DNA of 64,000 bases from an uncultured virus (IMG/VR IMGVR_UViG_3300010399_000007) (taxonomy: Duplodnaviria > Heunggongvirae > Uroviricota > Caudoviricetes), in IMG/VR virus record IMGVR_UViG_3300010399_000007; one strand, given 5' to 3'. The position numbers and the translations under genes were made by a program. Below the pieces are notes generated by a model. The model saw only the letters and a program-made list of their open reading frames with translations, did not search any database and had not been told where the DNA came from. Below are positions 1 through 10,151 of the stretch, piece after piece. Within the stretch, counting starts at the first letter, position 1. Every line of letters begins with the position of its first letter.

Positions 1-923
1 AGCATGCCGCCCGCCAGCGCATCTAGCGCAACATCGGACTTCGTGGTGGCTTGCTGCAGCTCCTCGGGCAGCACTGTATTCATCAGCTCGCGCGACGTCT
101 CGCCTGTGACCGCGCCGGACACCGCGCCGCCCACGACGCGAGTCGCCAGCTTGCCGGGTGCCGAGAGCGGCACCACACCGCCCAGCGTAGAAGTGAGGTA
201 CTGCATCTGCGCCGCCGCAGTGGCTTTGTTGGCGTCACCGGTGGCTTCGTAGACCTTACGCCCAGTGTCCACGGCGTCTGACACCGCGGGCACCGCCATT
301 GCCTTGGCACCGTGCTCCGCTGCGCCTCGAACTGCGGCTCCCACGGCACCGGGAGCAGACGTCGCCGCAGCTTCTGGCGCTGCCTCGCCGCCCGTGAGAA
401 CAATTTGCGAGATGACACCGAGCATTGTGCTGGCGGCGTGCGTCGCCTTCTCTTTGAATGAAGCATCCGGCCCTAGTTCGAAATCCGACTGCGCCTTTAC
501 TGCGGGGTCGACGAACGTGCGGAACCATGCGTCTTGCGCATCGGTGTTGGTCTTGCCGCCAATCAGGCTGTTGAGACTGTCATACACCACAGGCAGTGCG
601 CCGGCCACTGTGCTGACCGATCCTGCCAGTTTGTTGAACGCACCGCCGAGACCTTGCGCGGCAGCGTAAGCAACATCTTTGTTGCCCTGGATTCGGGACT
701 TGTACGTCTCCCAGAGGCTCTTGTCCTCGGGCGGAGGCGCTGTCGCCGCAGCGGGTTCGTCTTCGTACTCCGGCTCCGCAAAAAGATTGTTGGTTTTTGC
801 AGTGACTATCTGAGCATCAGTCAGTCCGGCAAGCGTTGGGTCTGCGCGATCTTCAGCAGTTACGAGTGGCTCCGGGTGCGATTCGTCTTCGTACTCTGGC
901 TTCTCGAATAGATTTTTCGCCAT
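1..923 (-). CDS. N-terminal part of a large internal-virion/ejection protein (partial, runs off left edge; probably the same gene as 59369-64000)
   Basis: Not in the ORF track. ATG at 923 with GGAGG RBS at 932-936; frame open to position 1: MAKNLFEKPEYEDE...ALDALAGGML. Ala/Gly-rich, and last in the ejection-gene series. Confidence 0.75.
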   Translation of the reverse strand, partial: MAKNLFEKPEYEDESHPEPLVTAEDRADPTLAGLTDAQIVTAKTNNLFAEPEYEDEPAAATAPPPEDKSLWETYKSRIQGNKDVAYAAAQGLGGAFNKLAGSVSTVAGALPVVYDSLNSLIGGKTNTDAQDAWFRTFVDPAVKAQSDFELGPDASFKEKATHAASTMLGVISQIVLTGGEAAPEAAATSAPGAVGAAVRGAAEHGAKAMAVPAVSDAVDTGRKVYEATGDANKATAAAQMQYLTSTLGGVVPLSAPGKLATRVVGGAVSGAVTGETSRELMNTVLPEELQQATTKSDVALDALAGGM

Positions 924-980
924 GCTCTTGTCCTCCGGGTGCAGCGGGCTTGCGCCAGCTCGAACCCTATCAGTTACCGC

Positions 981-1751
981 TTACTGTGCGGGTTCGAAAT
1001 CGTCTTCGCGTTGATCCGCAGAAGCGGAGTCGTCAGTCGGTGCTTGAGTCGGACCCACGTAGTTTGCACGCGCATTTTCACGCGCAATGAATTGCGCCGG
1101 TAGATACTTGTACATCGCCAGAAAGTTGTCTGCTTGATCCGGATTCTCAAGCAACCGTTGAACTGCAGCCGGTTTTGCGCGTCGCGTAGTGGCCGGGTCC
1201 GTGTCCGGCAGCAGGAAACGATCGCCCGAAGCTACAAACATCAGACCCTTGTTGGTGTCGCGTAGCACCTGCTGCGCTTTGCCAGGAATGACCTGACCCG
1301 TTGCAGGATCAATCGTCGCGTCTGTCTTCTGCGAGGAGAACTGCCAACGCGACTTGCCCGCGGCGCCGCGCGCACCAACAGCAGATGCGCGAATGCCGGC
1401 GATCTTCTCGGCCGAAGCACGGTTCGCTGCGCCTTCCTTGCCGCGGAACTTACGCTCCTCTCCACCCTCAGATTGTTTCGCCTCGATCTCTTGCTCCTGT
1501 AGCTTCTGGCGTGCGCTAATCTCGGTGCCTTGCATCTTCTCACGCGCACCCAGCTCTTCAGTCTGCATACCCTTCTGAGCTTCAATGCCGGTGCTCTGAC
1601 GCTTGGCGGCCTCTTCAGCCTCAAACTTACGGAGCGCCATATCACGCTCGTGCGCTTGCTGCGCGGCTTGCTGCTTGCGCTCCTCGTCGATGTTCCGCTG
1701 CATGCCCGCGCCAATACCACCGACTGCACCCCACAATGCCAATTTACCCAT
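981..1751 (-). CDS. Putative internal virion/DNA-ejection protein (coiled coil)
   Basis: Gly-rich hydrophobic N-terminus (LWGAVGGIGAG), then 11-residue periodic coiled coil; lies among ejection genes. Confidence 0.55.
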   Translation of the reverse strand: MGKLALWGAVGGIGAGMQRNIDEERKQQAAQQAHERDMALRKFEAEEAAKRQSTGIEAQKGMQTEELGAREKMQGTEISARQKLQEQEIEAKQSEGGEERKFRGKEGAANRASAEKIAGIRASAVGARGAAGKSRWQFSSQKTDATIDPATGQVIPGKAQQVLRDTNKGLMFVASGDRFLLPDTDPATTRRAKPAAVQRLLENPDQADNFLAMYKYLPAQFIARENARANYVGPTQAPTDDSASADQREDDFEPAQ

Positions 1752-1754
1752 GTC

Positions 1755-2405
1755 TTAACCTCCCGGTTGTGGAGCAGGACCGGCCTGCGGTGCCGGCGGA
1801 AGTCCAGGCCCGGCAGGCACTGGGCCCCCTTGCGACTGCGGCGGTATCTCTTCCGGAGGACCTTGCGGCGCAGTCCCTTGTGGCGGACTTTGACCGTACA
1901 GCGCTTTGGTTCCTGCAGTCACAGCCTGCACAACTTGCGCAGACTCTTGCTCGCTATACGCCAGTTTCTTCACACGATCCGCCAGTTCGAGCAAGCGGTC
2001 TACCACTGTGATAATCACCAGCGGAATGATTGGATCACTGAAGTTCAGCCGCTTGTCGAGTTGCTGAATGATGAGCACCCCGGCGCGTGCAAGCGAACCT
2101 ACTTTGTCCTGCTCATTGATCTGTGCGAGCACGGCACGTCCAGTGGCTTCATTTTTGTACAGCACGTTGTGCAGCATGTCGACAGCCTTCTGGTACTCGC
2201 CCAGTTGCTGATCGCTGAGGCCACCTTCAGCAGATTCCTCGGCAGGATCTGTCGCTGGTGTGTCCACATCCGCGCCCTCATCCATTGGTCGCTCTGTACC
2301 GGCGTCCTCTTCGGCTTGCTGTTCTTCCGGCGCTTCCGCAGCCTCATCTTCAGGCGTCTCCTGTTCTTCAGGTACTTGCGCCTTCGCTTTACTCAGCATC
2401 GCCAT
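1755..2405 (-). CDS. Acidic virion-associated protein
   Basis: GAGGAGG RBS; acidic N-terminus, helical core, Pro/Gly/Gln tail; virion operon context. Confidence 0.45.
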   Translation of the reverse strand: MAMLSKAKAQVPEEQETPEDEAAEAPEEQQAEEDAGTERPMDEGADVDTPATDPAEESAEGGLSDQQLGEYQKAVDMLHNVLYKNEATGRAVLAQINEQDKVGSLARAGVLIIQQLDKRLNFSDPIIPLVIITVVDRLLELADRVKKLAYSEQESAQVVQAVTAGTKALYGQSPPQGTAPQGPPEEIPPQSQGGPVPAGPGLPPAPQAGPAPQPGG

Positions 2406-2406
2406 A

Positions 2407-2958
2407 TCAGCCTCCTCGTGCGTACGCGGCCAGTTGGTCAGGCGTGAGCGGCGGTCGCACCGCGGGCTCGCGTCGGTCTCTCATGAAATCGCTTACACGT
2501 CGAGCACGATCAAGATGCCCGCCCGTGGCGTAGCCGCCTTGAGCTGCTTCGGTGCCGCTCAGAGGCGCACCGCCCATCTGTGCCATCTCTTCAGGCGTGA
2601 AGGCGCGCTTGTATCGGCGCTCCTCTTTGATCTGCTCCTCTTGTGCCTTGCCCGCGGCGAGTCCTTGGACTGCGCCGGCAATGAGCGTGCCGCCTCCCGC
2701 AGACTTTGCGAAGTCGAGCAGCCCTGAACCGATTTTGCCGAGTGTGCTCTGCCCGCTCCCGCCCGCGCTTGAGGCTGACGTAGCCGCGGTGAGCGCGGCC
2801 CCGATGTTCTTTGCGGTGTCTCCGCCCAGCCAACTGTCGCCATCCATGTTGCCGATGGTTTTGAAATTGGTGTCAAACAACGAATTGCTCAGCGCGCTGG
2901 CACCGAGATACGTTGCGCCTGCAATTCCGAGCCATTTAGCTGCGTTTTTCCAGCTCAT
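2407..2958 (-). CDS. Putative ejection protein (Gly/Ala-rich, membrane-interacting)
   Basis: GGAGG RBS; amphipathic Gly/Ala-rich segments typical of podovirus ejection proteins. Confidence 0.5.
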   Translation of the reverse strand: MSWKNAAKWLGIAGATYLGASALSNSLFDTNFKTIGNMDGDSWLGGDTAKNIGAALTAATSASSAGGSGQSTLGKIGSGLLDFAKSAGGGTLIAGAVQGLAAGKAQEEQIKEERRYKRAFTPEEMAQMGGAPLSGTEAAQGGYATGGHLDRARRVSDFMRDRREPAVRPPLTPDQLAAYARGG

Positions 2959-2973
2959 GAAATACCTCCAAAA

Positions 2974-4932
2974 TCAGCCGCCCAATACTTTCTTGATCGA
3001 GTCGTTGTTCCAACTGCCACCCATCTTCGATTTCAGCTCATCAATGCCTTGTTGAGTTAGAGGCTTCAGCCCGGCAATCGTATCTTGCAACTTTTTCTGC
3101 CATCCTTCCTGATCGCCATCAGGATGAAACACTGCACCGTACCATTTACCCGCCAAATCATCGTACTGTTTTTGTGTCATCGCAATCCATCCGATGTTCG
3201 GGATGTTGTACGCCGTCACTGGATACATACCTTTGGCGCCGACTCGCGCCAGCGGCACTTGCTCCCAGTCATTCGTTACTTGCGCAAAGCTGGCTCGATT
3301 GCGATCCACGCTACCATTCGCATTGAATGCTTTGTGAATCAGTTGCCCGGCCGCGATGACCGCTGCAGCGTATCCTGCACCCGTCGCAAGCGTTCCAAGA
3401 CTCGCACCCGCGCCGCTAGCGGCAGCAGAACTTGCACCGGAAGCGGCCCCGCTTCCGAAGCCTGCTTCACCGAGTGCCGCGTTGGCCGCAGCGCCTGAAG
3501 CAACACCGGAACTCAGTCCGGCCCCTGTGCCTACGAGACTTCCCGCGGCGGTCGGAATAGCACTTAGCGCACCGTTGGCATCGCGAATCAAGCCCAGATA
3601 GTTGCCCGAGGAAATGTCACCAACCGCGCTGAGCCCGCTGCCCGCAGCGCCCAACGTGCCGCCCAGGGAGCCACCTACTACCTTGCCGCCTAGCTTGGCC
3701 GCGGTGCCCAGAACGCCAGCCACATCACCCACGCTCGGTCCTGGCGTGGACGGGGCTACGGTGTCAGCGCTGCCCGGCGCTGGCGTCGACGTCGGTGCAG
3801 GATTCGCAATGGCTTGCTGTTGTGCAAAGCCATTGGCGAGCACGTTTCGTGCATTGCTCAGTGTACCTGTCGTGGCGGCTTCCCCGCCAGCGGCGTTAAA
3901 AATCTGCGTTCCTGATGTTGGAGTTCGAGGAATGCGAATTGGAGGTGCCACACCAACGGTGGCACCCGTCGTCGGAGTTGTTGATGCCGGCGCGCCTATC
4001 GGAGCTGTGCCGCCAGGAGCCGTACCGCCGCCCATCGCATTCAAGAAATCCATGCCGCCCACAAGTGACTGCTGCAACGACCCTACGATCTGCGCAACGC
4101 GCGACGGGTCCATGTTCGTATTCGACATCACCTGCGCAATCGTCTGGAAATACGTGTTGTACAAATTCGCAGCAGACGCGTTCGATTGAATGAGTGCTTG
4201 GTACTGCGCTTGCACCGTGGCGAGGTCAATTGATTGCGAGCCTTGCAGATACTGCTTGTTCAGTTCCGCGTTCTGATTCATCACGGCGGTGCGCATCGCA
4301 TTCTCAGCCTGCGCATCCTGCTGCGCTTTCTGCGCGGCAGTCTCCGAATTGAAACGGCTAGTCTCTGTGGCGTTCTGCGCATTCAGCTTCGAGACATCAG
4401 TGCCAAGCTGCGCATTGAGCTTGCTCGTGTCAGTCGCCAACCCGGCGTTGGTCTTGCTGACATCGGTCGTGTTCGCTGCATTGAACTTGCTGACATCAGT
4501 CTGCGCACCGGCGTTGAACTGCGAGGCAGTGTTACTGGCGTTCTGATTGGCGAGCCGCTGACCCTGCAGGAGATCCGCTTCCTGCGTAGCGAGCGGAGTT
4601 GCACGATCAACCACTGCGCCTTGCGCGGCACCTGCAGCGATTGAAGAATTCTGCAGCCCGCGCCGAGCGGCAAGCAGCATGCCTTCCTGACGCGCACGCT
4701 GCATAAGCGGACTGTCTTGACTCGTGATCGCATTCAATCGCGAGCTGGAAAGGTTCTCTGTCGGCACGTCCTGCGTCTGCGCGTTGTACGTTGACGCGTT
4801 CGCGTTCGAAGCCGTCGCGGTCCCAGCAGTGGCGGTGCCCGCCGTCGCATTCGAGGCTTGCGCGTTCGGAGTCGTCGCGACTTGCTGCGTGCCGGGTGAC
4901 TTGGTGTACAGGTCTTGAAGTGTGTCTGCCAT
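2974..4932 (-). CDS. DNA-transfer/pilot-like ejection protein
   Basis: Motif SPLMQRA..G...AARRGLQNSSIA.GAAQ, five 11-aa NAxxxTDVSK repeats, long Gly/Ala-rich region; GAGGAG RBS. Confidence 0.65.
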   Translation of the reverse strand: MADTLQDLYTKSPGTQQVATTPNAQASNATAGTATAGTATASNANASTYNAQTQDVPTENLSSSRLNAITSQDSPLMQRARQEGMLLAARRGLQNSSIAAGAAQGAVVDRATPLATQEADLLQGQRLANQNASNTASQFNAGAQTDVSKFNAANTTDVSKTNAGLATDTSKLNAQLGTDVSKLNAQNATETSRFNSETAAQKAQQDAQAENAMRTAVMNQNAELNKQYLQGSQSIDLATVQAQYQALIQSNASAANLYNTYFQTIAQVMSNTNMDPSRVAQIVGSLQQSLVGGMDFLNAMGGGTAPGGTAPIGAPASTTPTTGATVGVAPPIRIPRTPTSGTQIFNAAGGEAATTGTLSNARNVLANGFAQQQAIANPAPTSTPAPGSADTVAPSTPGPSVGDVAGVLGTAAKLGGKVVGGSLGGTLGAAGSGLSAVGDISSGNYLGLIRDANGALSAIPTAAGSLVGTGAGLSSGVASGAAANAALGEAGFGSGAASGASSAAASGAGASLGTLATGAGYAAAVIAAGQLIHKAFNANGSVDRNRASFAQVTNDWEQVPLARVGAKGMYPVTAYNIPNIGWIAMTQKQYDDLAGKWYGAVFHPDGDQEGWQKKLQDTIAGLKPLTQQGIDELKSKMGGSWNNDSIKKVLGG

Positions 4933-4941
4933 GGTTGCTCC

Positions 4942-7311
4942 TCAATTTGCTCGTATCTGGTCTTCAAGGTAGCGGCAGTACAGCAGAAGCAGAGGCCCCA
5001 ACCTTTCGTACTGTACGCTTTCTGGTTCACCTTTCGCGTTTCTATGCACAAGCTCCGGAAATTCTTCTGCAACTTCTTCAGCTATGAGTCCGAAGTGGAT
5101 TTTTTCTTTATCATCGTGTTCACAGTTGCTGGTGTAAGTCACAGGTCGAAGTCGCCGCATTTTATCCACAACCTTGGTAGGCACACTGAGGACATTTTCT
5201 TTGTAGCGAATGGAGGAAGTAGAACGAAGAATCTGGTTTCCAGCTCCAGAATCCAAGAAAGCATTAGCAGCAGAAGCTGTAGTTCCAATCCCAGTGAACT
5301 GGACGGTTGTCACGCCGGTTCCAGTTTGTAAAGTGGTTCCCGAGAAGAAATGCGCGAGAGTTCCACCGCAGGTAATACCAAGGCTGTTGGCACCGAAACG
5401 ATAAATGCCGGTGTCAGTATCGTTTCCAAAAGTCAATGAAGGACTGCCTGCCGAACCATCGGCAGCATAGATGGCAGTGCTGTTGTCCATAACTAGAGCG
5501 CCACCGCCGATAGTGCATTGCGAAGAGCCGCCCGCAGATATAGAAAGACGATCACTGGCACTGCGATAGATGCCGGTGTTAGTATCGGCTACGAACGAAT
5601 ATACAGGAGCAGCCCCTGTTCCATCTATCGACTGTTGCTGAGTTCCTACAATCCATGCAGTTGTGGTCATTCTATGTTGATCAAGACCACCTATAGTAAA
5701 ATCTAGTTGATTAGCTCCACTACGATAGAAGCCAGTGTCAATGTCAGCATTGAATGTCAGTGACGGCAGTGTTGCAGTACCATCTTCAAAGTAGACTGCA
5801 TTTGGAACAAACGTTGCCGACGAAGTTGCGCCACCGACAGCACGAATAGTGTTGGATGCAACCCTATAGAAACCGGTATCCGTGTCACCTACAAAATGCA
5901 TTCCGGGTGTTGCGATAGACCCATCTTGCAATCCGAGTGTCCCTGCTTGTAAGTCGAACCCACTTGAACCCACGTCAGCTATAAGCGTACCGCCAGCCGT
6001 AAAGGAAACGGCGTTAGCTGCTCTACGATAGATGCCAGTGTCGGAATCAGAATTAAATGAAAATATCGGAGTACCAGCGCTACCGTCGTCAGGTTGGAAG
6101 GGAACAGTCGCATACACCTGAGTCGATGATAGTTGCATGCGCCGAGTTCCGCCTGTTGCGAAAGCGAGAAATCCGACGCCGGTGGAATACATTCCGCTGG
6201 CCGCATCCGAAAGAAAGGAAACACCGGGAAGAGCTACGGTGCCGTCCCCTGCGTAGAATCTCCCAACGCCTCCCGAAGTTTGAAGGGCGGCGATCCGAAG
6301 CCCTCCGGCAGCGAAGTCGAGACTGTTCGCGCCGCTGCGATAGACCCCCGTATCCGTATCCCCGCTGAAGCTAATCGCTGGCGCTCCGGCCGTTCCGTCC
6401 TGTCCGCGCCATGGAAGCGTGCCTGTGAACGCGGTCGTTGAGATATCAAAGCGAAGTGTGCCACCAACACTAACACCCCAACCGCTTCCTCCGACGAGAT
6501 ACGCGCCGGTGTTGGTGCCGCTGTTGAAGCTGTAGGTGGGTGCCGTCGCGCTACCATCTACGCCGTAGTTTGGATACCACGATGTAACAGACGTGCCGGA
6601 TACAATTTCCAGCCCGAGGTTGCCTCCTACGGAGAGCCCCAACCTGTTCGCGTTGGTGCGGTACATCCCCGTGTCAGGATCTCCGTTGAAACTGTATCCC
6701 GGCAACAATGCAGTCCCTGCAGGTCCAAGCAACGGTTGACTGAACGTATGCTGGCCGCTCCACGTCGGCGCAATCGTCTGGTCAATCGCAATATCTGCAT
6801 CGCTGCGAATCAGCGTCGTTGCAGTGCCAGCACTCGCGGCAAGTTTCGCTTTGCCAGTAGGAGTTGCGTACGTGATCGCACCGGCCACAGTTTGAAGTGC
6901 GGGCGACACAATCAGGAACGACGCAATGCTTGCGCTATACCGTGCCACGTAGTAGGAGCCCACGAGAACATCGCCGCTTGAAAGCGCATCACCGTTGTAA
7001 CGTACCAGCGGCACCGCCGGAATGGCGTCAACCTGCATAGTGCTCGAACCGCTGTTTTGATGCGTCGCCTTGAACACCACCTCATCGCCTTCGGCGTTTG
7101 CAGTGCGCGTGTTCGGCATCGTCAGGACGTACGCGTTGCCGCTGCCAGACTCCGTACCGAGCGTCGCGGTGCCAAGCGGCAGCGAACCGGTGCTTGTCGG
7201 CAAGAGATCGAACGCCTGCTGAATGAGCGTATACTGCCGGTTAACCGCGGCAGCACGCACTTTAGTTCCGGGTACGAATTCCGGAGTGAATGTGTAATAC
7301 GCGTTCGTCAT
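4942..7311 (-). CDS. Tail fibre/receptor-binding protein with C-terminal Peptidase_S74-type intramolecular chaperone
   Basis: Nine ~47-55 aa repeats DG(S/T)xxxPxxxFxxD(T)DTGxYR; C-terminal TSSIRYKENV...LRPVTY...GLIAEEV...PELV autocleaving chaperone signature. Confidence 0.85.
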   Translation of the reverse strand: MTNAYYTFTPEFVPGTKVRAAAVNRQYTLIQQAFDLLPTSTGSLPLGTATLGTESGSGNAYVLTMPNTRTANAEGDEVVFKATHQNSGSSTMQVDAIPAVPLVRYNGDALSSGDVLVGSYYVARYSASIASFLIVSPALQTVAGAITYATPTGKAKLAASAGTATTLIRSDADIAIDQTIAPTWSGQHTFSQPLLGPAGTALLPGYSFNGDPDTGMYRTNANRLGLSVGGNLGLEIVSGTSVTSWYPNYGVDGSATAPTYSFNSGTNTGAYLVGGSGWGVSVGGTLRFDISTTAFTGTLPWRGQDGTAGAPAISFSGDTDTGVYRSGANSLDFAAGGLRIAALQTSGGVGRFYAGDGTVALPGVSFLSDAASGMYSTGVGFLAFATGGTRRMQLSSTQVYATVPFQPDDGSAGTPIFSFNSDSDTGIYRRAANAVSFTAGGTLIADVGSSGFDLQAGTLGLQDGSIATPGMHFVGDTDTGFYRVASNTIRAVGGATSSATFVPNAVYFEDGTATLPSLTFNADIDTGFYRSGANQLDFTIGGLDQHRMTTTAWIVGTQQQSIDGTGAAPVYSFVADTNTGIYRSASDRLSISAGGSSQCTIGGGALVMDNSTAIYAADGSAGSPSLTFGNDTDTGIYRFGANSLGITCGGTLAHFFSGTTLQTGTGVTTVQFTGIGTTASAANAFLDSGAGNQILRSTSSIRYKENVLSVPTKVVDKMRRLRPVTYTSNCEHDDKEKIHFGLIAEEVAEEFPELVHRNAKGEPESVQYERLGPLLLLYCRYLEDQIRAN
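5350..6735 (-). repeat. Nine tandem protein-level repeats of the tail fibre
   Basis: E.g. DGSATAPTYSFNSGTNTGAY, DGTAGAPAISFSGDTDTGVYR, DGTATLPSLTFNADIDTGFYR, DGSAGSPSLTFGNDTDTGIYR. Confidence 0.9.
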
Positions 7312-9443
7312 CGCTGCAGCCTCCGTTTGTCAAAGTGAATCGTGATGCCTTGGATCACGAAGGGCTGCGCGACAGCACTCTCATTAAAAATGAGAAATCC
7401 AATGTTCTCGCCCGTGCCGCTCAAGTCTGCGCGAGCGGTGGAGATGGACTGCCCGTCCCAGTAGAATTGGTCGAAGTTGTCGATATCGAAGAAGCCGCCA
7501 CCTGCAAAGATATCGATCACTGGTACGTCAGACGTAGTCAAGTCGCCAACATCGCTGTCACTCTCAAGGCTGCCGTACGTCAAGTCCTGAATGAACTTCA
7601 ACGTCAGAGGCCGAGTCGACTGAATCTCCAGATCAGCGCGTCGGAACTTCTTGCGCAGCGCCGGAGTACCGCAATGGTTGAAGGGCAAACGAATGTAACT
7701 CGGAATTTCATCGCCATCGAAAGAGGTTCCGATCCGATCCTGATACACGAAACCATTGTCGCTGGCGAAGTACCCTACTTCCAGCCCGTCCTCGTCTTCG
7801 CTGTTGCAGATGACGCGCACAGGGTTTGGGTACTGTGCGTAGCCGAACTGCGCCGGCAAGTCAGAGTTCACAACCTTGTTTTCTTGACCCAGCGCGGTGA
7901 CGTACATGATGAGCACGTCGCCCTGCTCAAAGTACATTCGAAACTGATTCGAACCGCGCACGATGGTGGAGTCCGTGATCTGCTGCCGAAGCGCAGTCAC
8001 GATCGTTTGAATCTGCTGCGACACCGTGGACCCGACGAAGTTACCGAACACCTGCGTACGCGCAAGGCTGGTCACGCCGAGGTTGCCGAGTGCATACACG
8101 GTGTCCAGCTTCTGGGAGCCGTACAACTTGCCGCCAGACTTCTCAGCGATCAGTTTCATTTCCCAGTCAGAAATACCAGTGCCGAAGAGACCGCGTGTTT
8201 CTTGCTGAGTGACAATCGCGAGCACGCCACCAGTGATGCTATGCACGCCCGTGATCTCGTCGCCCATGCCAAAATCTGCGGCTCCGAGAAATCCATTGAA
8301 TACCAAAGGTTCGCCCACGACGGATTGCACAAAGCGCCCGCCGGGGAACACGAGAAAGAGGTAGTTCAAATGCTCTTCAATCAGAAACGGTTCGTTGTCA
8401 TCTGGTTGCCCGGTGATCGGATTGCGCGGCAACAGAATCGGCGAGACAATGTTGTCTTCATCGATCTCAAATGCCGGTCCGACACCATTGACGCCGTAAG
8501 TACGGAAGGTGCTGGCACTACCAAAGAAGTTGTGATTGACGAAGCGATACTTGCCGCCTGGAGCGAAAGCGAACGTAAGGCTGCCGCCTGCTGCTGTTGC
8601 AAATTTCGTGCTGACTACGCGCAGGTTTTCGGCGTTGGTGAACGTGCCCACAACGCTGATCAGCACGATATAACCCGCCGCGTCGTTGTTAGCCGTCGAG
8701 CCTGAGTGCGTGATGATCCGATGTACTACGCCCGTTGCGCCACTTGATTGACCATTGATCGAAGTACCTTCTGCTGGCAACGCTTGTGCCGTGCCGCCTC
8801 CTCCGCCACTGAAGTAAATGTACTTCGCCATGGTGATGCCGTTTTGCGTCCATCCAGAAGTGCTCGCAAGATAGAGTAGTCCATTTCCACCAGAGTCATG
8901 GTTGTCTCGAATGGCGTACACATTTGCTTCTCGCTGCCAGACACCGTTGACGTCGCCCACGCCGGGCACGCGCGCGATGTCGCCGCGATATTCGTCCTGC
9001 GCTTCCAGCCTGAACGTATCTTCCGTATCCGCGTCCGGCGCCTCATTGAGCCCTGGCGTCGTGGTGATTGTTCGGCTTCCGCCACCTGTCAACGTCTCGT
9101 TGAGCGCAAACGTACCTACGACCTTCGTCACTCCGATAGACAGCCCGCTGATGCCGATCACGATGCCGGTCGCTCCTGACGTGCCGCCCGTGACCGCTGT
9201 ACCTATCGAGAGCCCGGTAGTCGTACTGACATCGAACCCGATGAAGGTGGCCTCGCTGGGCTTGGGGCGCCCGTCGAATCGCTCGTATCCATCGATGCGA
9301 CGGTACCCGCCCTGGAACCAGGGTTCGAAGTTGATTGCCGCGAGCAGCCGGCCTGGATCAACGGCGAGCGCAGGCGACGTCACATCTAGGCCGCCGCCCA
9401 GTGGGAAATACTTCGTTTGAGTCGTGCCGTAGCCGCTGGCCAT
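7308..9443 (-). CDS. Tail nozzle/packaged-DNA stabilization protein (P22 gp10/T7 gp12-like role)
   Basis: N-terminal PLGGGLD...NFEP...GGYRRIDGYERFDG motif, beta-rich 711 aa, directly after the adaptor. Confidence 0.7.
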   Translation of the reverse strand: MASGYGTTQTKYFPLGGGLDVTSPALAVDPGRLLAAINFEPWFQGGYRRIDGYERFDGRPKPSEATFIGFDVSTTTGLSIGTAVTGGTSGATGIVIGISGLSIGVTKVVGTFALNETLTGGGSRTITTTPGLNEAPDADTEDTFRLEAQDEYRGDIARVPGVGDVNGVWQREANVYAIRDNHDSGGNGLLYLASTSGWTQNGITMAKYIYFSGGGGGTAQALPAEGTSINGQSSGATGVVHRIITHSGSTANNDAAGYIVLISVVGTFTNAENLRVVSTKFATAAGGSLTFAFAPGGKYRFVNHNFFGSASTFRTYGVNGVGPAFEIDEDNIVSPILLPRNPITGQPDDNEPFLIEEHLNYLFLVFPGGRFVQSVVGEPLVFNGFLGAADFGMGDEITGVHSITGGVLAIVTQQETRGLFGTGISDWEMKLIAEKSGGKLYGSQKLDTVYALGNLGVTSLARTQVFGNFVGSTVSQQIQTIVTALRQQITDSTIVRGSNQFRMYFEQGDVLIMYVTALGQENKVVNSDLPAQFGYAQYPNPVRVICNSEDEDGLEVGYFASDNGFVYQDRIGTSFDGDEIPSYIRLPFNHCGTPALRKKFRRADLEIQSTRPLTLKFIQDLTYGSLESDSDVGDLTTSDVPVIDIFAGGGFFDIDNFDQFYWDGQSISTARADLSGTGENIGFLIFNESAVAQPFVIQGITIHFDKRRLQR

Positions 9444-9446
9444 GGC

Positions 9447-10148
9447 TTACTCGTTGTAGACTTGGAAGTGGCCTCCAGTACGGAACCGGGCCTTCTTCTT
9501 GTTGTCGAGCTGGCTGTTTTCCAGCAGCGCCATCTGCTCACCGTAGATGCGCTGACCTTTGGACATGATCTCTTGCGCGCCTTCGTATTCGGCGTACGCC
9601 ATCAGCGCGTGACCGAGGATGACGCGGTGAAACCGCGAAGGAATAGAAGATGTATCACCATCGCTCGTAAGCTCTGTGGTGAGTGGTTCACGGAAGAAGT
9701 CAGCCTCAATGGTGTGCGCGCCGTCAGGTGTTCCCTCGAAGCGCAGCGAATTGTCAGGCATGACGACAACGCGCCACGGAACCCCCGGAGTGATGTCAAC
9801 GATCTCCGTTTTCACTTCACTGTACTCTTGACAGACAAGCGGCATTTTTACTGTGTCACCTGATTGCGTAACGAAGAAAGTGTCATAGTCCCACATGCCC
9901 GCACCCAGAGCGTTAGGCGCAGTGGGCGCTGCCAATGTGTTCACCGTGGCAGTGGTCGTTTGGCTGTAAGTGCAGCGAAGGAACTTCCAGTTTTCCCACT
10001 TGTTCTGGATTTCAAGATTCGAGCCCTTGATCCAGTTGACGAGACGCTTAGCCTCGCCGGTGAGCGTGCCGCTGACCGTTGCCGGCGCGTTGCCGGCGCA
10101 GCCGGCCTCGCGATGCAAGTCCTGCACGAGTTGAAGGAAGGTGCTCAC
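9447..10148 (-). CDS. Head-tail adaptor
   Basis: STFLQLVQDL N-terminus, W.FL motif, C-terminal D..SIPSRFHRVI; position between capsid and nozzle. Confidence 0.7.
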   Translation of the reverse strand: MSTFLQLVQDLHREAGCAGNAPATVSGTLTGEAKRLVNWIKGSNLEIQNKWENWKFLRCTYSQTTTATVNTLAAPTAPNALGAGMWDYDTFFVTQSGDTVKMPLVCQEYSEVKTEIVDITPGVPWRVVVMPDNSLRFEGTPDGAHTIEADFFREPLTTELTSDGDTSSIPSRFHRVILGHALMAYAEYEGAQEIMSKGQRIYGEQMALLENSQLDNKKKARFRTGGHFQVYNE

Positions 10149-10151
10149 CGG

